This document shows positions 58,048-64,000 of a stretch of 64,000 bases of DNA, in pieces. The stretch is from the NCBI GenBank assembly GCA_964291675.2, contig OZ219866.1, forward strand, positions 1,184,001 through 1,248,000. The letters are read 5' to 3'. The DNA comes from Alphaproteobacteria bacterium. GTDB lineage: Bacteria; Pseudomonadota; Alphaproteobacteria; MPNO01. The translations under genes were made by a program, and so were the position numbers. The notes below the pieces were generated by a model. The model ran no database searches. It saw only the letters and a program-made list of their open reading frames with translations, and was not told where the DNA came from. Within the stretch, counting starts at the first letter, position 1. Every line of letters begins with the position of its first letter.

Positions 58048-59031
58048 ATGCTGCCCGACCTCGCGGCGATCGAAGCGGCGGCGGAGATCGTCCATGCCGC
58101 GATGCCGCCGACGCCGGCGCATTGCTGGCCGCTGCTGTCCGCGCGGACCGGGGCGGAGGTCTGGGTCAAGCACGAGAACCACACCCCGATCGGCGCCTTC
58201 AAGATCCGCGGCGGGCTGGTCTACATGGACCGGCTGTGCCGCGAGAAGCCGGACGCCGCCGGCGCGATCGCCGCGACCAGGGGCAATTTCGGCCAGAGCG
58301 TCGCGGTGGCCGCCCGCCTCAAGGGGCTGAAGGCGGTGGTCGTGGTGCCGCGCGGCAACAGCCGCGAGAAGAACGCCGCGATGGCGGCGCAGGGGGCGGA
58401 GCTCGTGGTCCACGGCGCGGACTTCCAGGACTCGCTCGAACACGCGCAATCCCTCGCCGCGGCGCGCGCGCTGCACATGGTCCCCTCCTTCGACGCGACC
58501 CTGGTGCAGGGGACGGCGACCTACGCGCTGGAGCTGTTCCGCGCCGTCGCCGACCTCGATGCGGTCTACGTGCCGATCGGGCTGGGCTCGGGCATCTGCG
58601 GGGTGATCGCGGCGCGGGACGCGCTCGGGCTCGGGACCGAGATCGTCGGCGTCTGCGCCCAGCGCGCGGCGGCCTACGCGCTCTCCTTCGAGGCCGGGCG
58701 CCCGGTCGCCACCAACGCCGCCGACACCATGGCCGACGGCATGGCCTGCCGGGTGCCGGACGCCGATGCGGTCGCCATCGTCAACGCCGGCGCGGCGCGG
58801 GTGGTCGCGGTCGGCGAGGACGAGATCGAGGCGGCGATGCGCGCTTACTACTCCGACACCCACAACATCGCCGAGGGCGCCGGCGCCGCCCCGCTCGCCG
58901 CGCTGATGCGGGAGCGCGAGGCGATGCAAGGCCGCAAGGTGGCGCTGATCCTCACCGGCGGCAATATCGACCGCGAGGTGTATCTCCGGGTGCTGGGCGG
59001 GGAGGCGGGCTTGCAGAGCGGTCCCGATTGA
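58048..59031 (+). CDS. PLP-dependent threonine/serine dehydratase family protein
   Basis: KHENHTPIGAFKIRG, PIGLGSG, LTGGN; GAGGAGG RBS. Confidence 0.88.
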   Translation: MLPDLAAIEAAAEIVHAAMPPTPAHCWPLLSARTGAEVWVKHENHTPIGAFKIRGGLVYMDRLCREKPDAAGAIAATRGNFGQSVAVAARLKGLKAVVVVPRGNSREKNAAMAAQGAELVVHGADFQDSLEHAQSLAAARALHMVPSFDATLVQGTATYALELFRAVADLDAVYVPIGLGSGICGVIAARDALGLGTEIVGVCAQRAAAYALSFEAGRPVATNAADTMADGMACRVPDADAVAIVNAGAARVVAVGEDEIEAAMRAYYSDTHNIAEGAGAAPLAALMREREAMQGRKVALILTGGNIDREVYLRVLGGEAGLQSGPD

Positions 59032-59078
59032 CTTAGTTTATACGCCTTAGTCCAACTCCGCGAAAAGAGCACGGTCCC

Positions 59079-59318
59079 ATGCGCACCGTCAACATGCACG
59101 AAGCCAAGACCCACCTGTCGCGCCTCGTCGAGGCGGCGGCAAGGGGCGAGCCCTTCATCATCGCGCGCGCGGGCAAGCCGCTCGTCAAGGTCGTCGCGCT
59201 GGATGCGCCGGAGGCGCGGCACCGGATCGGCTTCCTGGCGGGGCAGGTCTCCGTACCGGACGATTTCGACAGCATGGGCGCGGACGAGATCCGGACCATG
59301 TTCTCGGGCGACGCGTGA
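59079..59318 (+). CDS. Phd/YefM antitoxin
   Basis: VNMHEAKTHLSRLVE. Confidence 0.9.
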   Translation: MRTVNMHEAKTHLSRLVEAAARGEPFIIARAGKPLVKVVALDAPEARHRIGFLAGQVSVPDDFDSMGADEIRTMFSGDA

Positions 59319-59701
59319 AGCTGCTGCTCGACACCCATCTGCTGCTCTGGGCGGCGGGCGGGTCGGCGAAGCTTCCCGGCGAGGCGCGCGACCTGATCCT
59401 GGAGCCGGGAACCGAGCCGGTGGCGAGCGCGGCGTCGCTCTGGGAGGTCGCGATCAAGAACAAGCTGGGGCGCGCCGATTTCCGGTTCGACCCGCATCTC
59501 CTGCGCCGCGGCCTCGCGGACAACGGTTATACCGAGCTGCCGGTGACCGGGGCGCATGCGGTCGAAGCGGGCCTGCTGCCGCCGCTTCACCGCGATCCCT
59601 TCGACCGCATGCTGATCGCCCAGGCACGAATCGAGAGCATTCTGCTGTTGACCGCCGACAGGACGCTGGCGCGCTATTCCGGGCCGATCCGCGTACTGTG
59701 A
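59315..59701 (+). CDS. vapC: VapC/PIN toxin
   Basis: LLLDTH, SLWE, HRDPFDRMLIAQA; GTGA overlap. Confidence 0.92.
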   Translation: MKLLLDTHLLLWAAGGSAKLPGEARDLILEPGTEPVASAASLWEVAIKNKLGRADFRFDPHLLRRGLADNGYTELPVTGAHAVEAGLLPPLHRDPFDRMLIAQARIESILLLTADRTLARYSGPIRVL

Positions 59702-59715
59702 GCGGCCCCGCCCGC

Positions 59716-60216
59716 TCACAGCGGGATGACGATCAGCGTGTCGATCACCTCGGCGTCGCAGACCACGATGCGCTCGGCGTAGCGCAGCTCGGCGGCGGCC
59801 TCGACCACGACGTCGAGATAGCGCCCGGTGCAGAACAGCGCCGTCGCCTGCATCTGCATGGTGCGGTAGACCGCGAAATTGGTTCGCACGGTCCAGCTTC
59901 CGGGGCGGGCGAGGGTGACGGTCGGCGGGTCGACCAGATGGCGGTAACGGTGCGGCTCGAACACGTTGGCCTCGCGCAGCGCCTTGATCCGGTCCGCCAT
60001 CATGCCGTGCCCCTCGCACAGCATCAGCCCGACCGGCATTCCGGCTGCGTGGTTGGCGCGCGTGGTGATGCGATAGACCCCGGTCTCGGCGAAGAAGCCC
60101 GGCCACTCCTCCAGCGCGTCCTCGTCGATCGCATGCGCGTAGGCGCGGTTGAGCGCGTCGATCCGGCGGAGCAGCGCGGGATCGGCATCGGTCATGGCGG
60201 GGAGTGGCGGGGTCAC
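59716..60216 (-). CDS. Aromatic ring-hydroxylating dioxygenase beta subunit (SnoaL-like)
   Basis: YAHAIDED.LEEWPGFF, GRYLD, DTLIVIPL. Confidence 0.85.
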   Translation of the reverse strand: MTPPLPAMTDADPALLRRIDALNRAYAHAIDEDALEEWPGFFAETGVYRITTRANHAAGMPVGLMLCEGHGMMADRIKALREANVFEPHRYRHLVDPPTVTLARPGSWTVRTNFAVYRTMQMQATALFCTGRYLDVVVEAAAELRYAERIVVCDAEVIDTLIVIPL

Positions 60217-60358
60217 GCGGTCCCTCCGTTGCGGACCGGCGCACTAAACCACCTGAGCCGCGCCGCCGGAAGGGGCGGGAGACAGGCGGCCGGCCGTCGC
60301 CTAGGCTGGCGCGAGAGGCCCGGAACAAGTCCGGGCGGGACGACCGAAGGAGGCCGGG

Positions 60359-60655
60359 ATGAGCGCCGTCGTTTTACTCGTCGAGCTGAAGATCGCCGAG
60401 GGTCAGTGGGATGCCTTCATCGCCCGCGTCAGACAGCATCGCGCGCTGGTGCTGGAGAACGAGCCCGGCTGCCGCTGCTTCGACATCGCGGTCCCGGACG
60501 ACAGCGAGGGCGTGGTGCGCCTGCACGAGGTCTATGACGACCGGGCGGCGGTCGACCACCACATGCAGACCGAATACATGGCCGCGTTCCGCGCGGACAC
60601 CGCGCCGATGGTGGCGGACCGGAATATCGTCACCGCGGCGCTGGCCAACGAGTGA
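60359..60655 (+). CDS. ABM/LsrG-like putative quinol monooxygenase
   Basis: EPGCRCFD, LHEVY...AVDHH. Confidence 0.85.
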   Translation: MSAVVLLVELKIAEGQWDAFIARVRQHRALVLENEPGCRCFDIAVPDDSEGVVRLHEVYDDRAAVDHHMQTEYMAAFRADTAPMVADRNIVTAALANE

Positions 60656-60667
60656 GGCCCGGAGCGG

Positions 60668-61648
60668 CTAGCGCGCGGCGCGGCGGATGTCCCGCGGCGT
60701 CGCGCCGAACCGCGCCCTGAAGCTGCGGTTGAACCAGGAGAGGTCGGAGAAGCCGCTGCGGAAGGCGATCTCGGCGATCGGCGTCCGCGCCCGCTCGGGC
60801 GCCGCAAGCTCGGCCGCGACCCGCTCCAGCCGGCGCTTGAGCACGTGGCGGGAGAAGCTCTCGCCGGTCGGCTCGAACAGCTTGTGCAAATAGCGCTTGG
60901 AGATGGCGAACCGCGCCGCGACCGAGCCGACCGAGAGCCCGGGATCGTCGAGCCGGCTCTCGACATGCTCCAGCACGGCGGCGAGCAGCGCCGGGCGCGC
61001 GCTGCCGGGATCGACGCCGCCGCGCCGCGCCGAGGCGCCGGCCGCGAGCCGCACCAGGCTGTCGAGCAGCAGCCCGCCCTCCCCGTCGTCGAGCGCCCGC
61101 GCGCCCCGGTTCAGCGTCCGCGCGGCCGCCCCGATCAGCGGCCCGAGGAAGGGATGGTCCGACACCCGGCAGATCGGCGGCGCCGCGCCGCCGGGCAGCG
61201 CCTGCTCGACCAGGCCGCGCGGCAGCCAGAACGAGGCGACGCTCATGTCCGCGTCCGGCGGGTGGAAGATGCGGAACGCCACGTCGCTCGCGAACAGCGC
61301 GACCTGGCCCGGCGCGAGGCGCACCGAGCGTCCGCGCTGCTCGATGACGCATTCGGATGCGAGCTGGAGGTTGAGGAAGTAGCACTGCTCGGAGGACCGG
61401 CCGATCTGCGCCCGCGTGCGGCGCACGTGATGCGGCGTGCCCGAGACGCGGTTGACCGCGCCGTCTACGAGAGGGATCGATTCCACGACGGCGTCGAACG
61501 GGCCGGGGCGGTCGTGCTCGGGCGAGAGGTCCATGAAGGCCTCGCACACCGCCTCGCGGAAATAGGCGTAGCGCTCGGGCTCGGCGACATCGGCGGTGCG
61601 CCAGACGCCGTATCGCCGCCCGCCCGGGCGGGGTGTCTCGCCGGCCAT
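60668..61648 (-). CDS. AraC-family transcriptional regulator
   Basis: C-terminal ISKRYLHKLF...GFSDLSWFNRSFRARFGATP. Confidence 0.9.
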   Translation of the reverse strand: MAGETPRPGGRRYGVWRTADVAEPERYAYFREAVCEAFMDLSPEHDRPGPFDAVVESIPLVDGAVNRVSGTPHHVRRTRAQIGRSSEQCYFLNLQLASECVIEQRGRSVRLAPGQVALFASDVAFRIFHPPDADMSVASFWLPRGLVEQALPGGAAPPICRVSDHPFLGPLIGAAARTLNRGARALDDGEGGLLLDSLVRLAAGASARRGGVDPGSARPALLAAVLEHVESRLDDPGLSVGSVAARFAISKRYLHKLFEPTGESFSRHVLKRRLERVAAELAAPERARTPIAEIAFRSGFSDLSWFNRSFRARFGATPRDIRRAAR

Positions 61649-61776
61649 GGCCGTTCCCTAGAATCCCGTTCCGGTTCGCTATGGACCGAGAAAGCGGCAC
61701 CGCCGCCACGATAGAACGATCCGGGAAGCGGCGGCAATTCCCGCGTCCCGCCGCGATCCGGACGAAGGAGGCGGAG

Positions 61777-62514
61777 ATGACGACATTCGTGCTGATCCAC
61801 GGCGCCTGGCATCACGGCGCGCTGTGGGAGGAGGTGGCGGGGCCGCTGCGCGCGGCGGGCCACGAGGTCCACACGCCGACGCTCGCCGGCAACGGGCCGG
61901 GCGAGGACGTCGACCGGACGGTGGGCCATGCCGACGCGGTGGCATCCGCCGTCGACTACGTGCTGGGCGCGGATCTGGGCGATTTCGTGCTGCTCGGCCA
62001 TTCCTATGGCGGGACGGTGATCTCGCGCATGGCCGAGGAGCTGCCCGACCGGATCCGGCGGCTGGTCTACTGGAACGCCTTCGTGCTGGAGGACGGCGAG
62101 TCGATCGAGGGCGTAAGCCCGCCGCACTACAAGGGGCTGATGGACGGAATCGCGGCGTCCGGCGCCTACGGGCCGGGCGCGGTCAAGCTCCCCTTCCCGG
62201 TGTGGCGCGAGGCGTTCATGAACGACGCCGACCTCGCGCTCGCCGAGAGGACCTACGAGATGACCACGCCGCATCCGCTCGCGACGCTGACCGATCCCGT
62301 CCCGCTCAAGAGCTTCGCGGCGCTGCAGATCCCCAGATCCTATCTCAACTGCACCGAGGACATCGCGATGCCGCCCGGCGATTTCGCCTGGTGCCCGCGC
62401 TTCCCGGCCAGGCTCGGCCTGTGCCGTCTGGTGCAGATGCCGGGCGGGCACGAGGCGTGCTTCACCAGCCCCGGCCTGCTGGCGCAAAAGATCGTCGAGG
62501 CGGGGCGCGACTGA
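61777..62514 (+). CDS. Alpha/beta hydrolase (esterase-like)
   Basis: HGAWH, GHSYGG, GGHE; GAAGGAGG RBS. Confidence 0.9.
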   Translation: MTTFVLIHGAWHHGALWEEVAGPLRAAGHEVHTPTLAGNGPGEDVDRTVGHADAVASAVDYVLGADLGDFVLLGHSYGGTVISRMAEELPDRIRRLVYWNAFVLEDGESIEGVSPPHYKGLMDGIAASGAYGPGAVKLPFPVWREAFMNDADLALAERTYEMTTPHPLATLTDPVPLKSFAALQIPRSYLNCTEDIAMPPGDFAWCPRFPARLGLCRLVQMPGGHEACFTSPGLLAQKIVEAGRD

Positions 62515-62580
62515 GCAGGGTCTTGCGGCGGCGGCACCGGGCGGCTAGTCAACGCGGCGACCCACCGCGGAGGATCTGCC

Positions 62581-63048
62581 ATGACCGGCGCCATCGACGC
62601 CCGCCTCGCCGAGCTCGGCATCGCGCTGCCGGACGCGCCCGCGCCCGCGGCCAACTACGTGCCCTTCGTGGTTGCCGGCAGCCTGGTATTCGTCTCCGGC
62701 CAGGTACCCTTCCGCGACGGCCGGCTCAGCCATGTCGGCAAGCTGGGCGATGCGTATTCGGTCGAGGACGGCCAAGAATGCGCGCGCGTCTGCGCGATCA
62801 ACATCCTGGCCCAGCTGAGGGCGGCCTGCGGCGGCGACCTCGACCGGGTCGCGCGCTGCGTCAAGCTCGGCGGCTTCGTCAACTCGATGCCGGACTTCAC
62901 CGACCAGCCCAAGGTGATCAACGGCGCGAGCGACCTGATCGTGGAAGTCTTCGGCGAGCGCGGCCGGCACGCCCGCTTCGCGGTCGGCGCGCCGTCCCTG
63001 CCGTTCGACGCGGCGGTGGAGATCGACGCGGTGTTCGAGATCGCGTGA
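62581..63048 (+). CDS. RidA/YjgF family protein
   Basis: ANYVP, VSGQ, NGASDL, GRHAR.AVG. Confidence 0.9.
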   Translation: MTGAIDARLAELGIALPDAPAPAANYVPFVVAGSLVFVSGQVPFRDGRLSHVGKLGDAYSVEDGQECARVCAINILAQLRAACGGDLDRVARCVKLGGFVNSMPDFTDQPKVINGASDLIVEVFGERGRHARFAVGAPSLPFDAAVEIDAVFEIA

Positions 63049-63054
63049 GCGGCG

Positions 63055-63516
63055 CTACTCGGCGGGGACGGTCTCCCTCGCCCGGGCTTCCCGCTCCTCC
63101 TTCTCCTTGCGCAGCCGGCCGACCGGCTCGGTGGCCCAGCCGTGCTCGGAGATGTCGAAGACGACGCCGTTGATGTCCTTGTACTTCTCCTCCGCCTGGA
63201 GCCCCTCGTAGTCGCCCTCCAGCGTGTAGTGGTAGGACCCGCCTTCCTCCTCGATCTTCTTCGCCGTCGCCTCGGCGTCGTCGACCACGAAGCCGACATG
63301 GTGCATGCCGGCCCAGTCGGGGCCGTTGATCATCCCCTTGGTGCCCTCGGGGAATTGCAGCAAGGTGAGGTTCATCACCCCGTCCGACAGCATCAGCGCG
63401 TTGCCGAACGGCGTTTCGCCGCGGCACACCCGCTCCATGTCGAACACGGTCTCGTAGAACCTTCCGGCCTTCTCGAGGTCGGGCACCTGGATCGCGACGT
63501 GGCGCAGCTTCGCCAT
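63055..63516 (-). CDS. VOC/glyoxalase family protein
   Basis: LRHVAI..DLE..FY, HHVGFVVDD. Confidence 0.87.
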   Translation of the reverse strand: MAKLRHVAIQVPDLEKAGRFYETVFDMERVCRGETPFGNALMLSDGVMNLTLLQFPEGTKGMINGPDWAGMHHVGFVVDDAEATAKKIEEEGGSYHYTLEGDYEGLQAEEKYKDINGVVFDISEHGWATEPVGRLRKEKEEREARARETVPAE

Positions 63517-63677
63517 TGCTCCACTCCGTGGCTGGTTGCGTGGGACGATATTGGCGCAAGCGCGGCGGCGCCGCAACGCAAACGGAGGGGCCGCCGTTGA
63601 CAGCCCCCGGGCGGCGCGATATGGCAAGCGGGGACGGGAATCGCCGGCTCGACAACGGCGAGGCAGGGGGGTGAGAG

Positions 63678-64000
63678 ATGCCACGCGAGATCATTCAGCC
63701 CGAGGGCGTCTTCGTCACGCGGGGGACATACCCCTACGAACAGGTGTGCCGGCACGGCAAGCATGTCTACGTGGCCGGCCAGTTGGCGCTCGACGCCGAC
63801 GGCAGGCTGGTCGGGCGCGGCGATTTCGCGGCCCAGACGCGGCAGGTCTTCCGGAACATCGAAAGATGCCTCGCTTCGGTCGGGGCGACCTTCGACAACG
63901 TGGTGAAGCTGTCGATTTTCTCTACCGATATGGACAGCCACGTTCCGATCTACGCGCCGATCCGCTCGGAGTTCTTCGACCACAGGAACGTGCCCAGCAC
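63678..64000 (+). CDS. RidA family protein, runs off window end
   Basis: VYVAGQ, QTRQVFRNI, VVKL. Confidence 0.82.
   Translation, partial: MPREIIQPEGVFVTRGTYPYEQVCRHGKHVYVAGQLALDADGRLVGRGDFAAQTRQVFRNIERCLASVGATFDNVVKLSIFSTDMDSHVPIYAPIRSEFFDHRNVPS

Noticed and set aside
1-64000. tRNA, rRNA, riboswitch or prophage genes
   Set aside because: None recognised by eye; a covariance-model scan of intergenic regions (19254-19748, 20440-20690, 47930-48314) would be needed to exclude small RNAs

Overview
High-GC (roughly 70% by eye) alphaproteobacterial chromosome segment; a regA-mmcB pair, a clpS gene and two parS palindromes at 24.1 kb suggest it lies near the origin. Most of it is catabolic and transport genes: three Rieske oxygenases, PhyH dioxygenases, P450/ferredoxin, hydantoinase A/B, TRAP and ABC transporters, hydrolases. 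It also has a surface-glycan cluster (asnB, FkbM, GT4, TupA-like, GT2), several TA modules or orphan antitoxins, and a probable selenocysteine peroxiredoxin. Two accessory islands stand out. (1) At 30.2-34.3 kb: a C5 methyltransferase, an Nth-like glycosylase, a PD-(D/E)XK-like nuclease and a ParB-like protein, inside a 6029-bp-spaced direct repeat of the clpS 5' end. (2) At 48-55.7 kb: a low-GC two-gene unit (DAC/DisA_N-like plus unknown or HEPN-like) split by an IS66 with an 8-bp TSD. That IS66's tnpC is itself split by a 2584-bp large-serine-recombinase element. Rejoining that element's ends gives a symmetric attP and builds a ~166-aa gene whose start codon and body sit at opposite ends of the integrated form. 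All family calls come from motif recognition by eye, not database searches.
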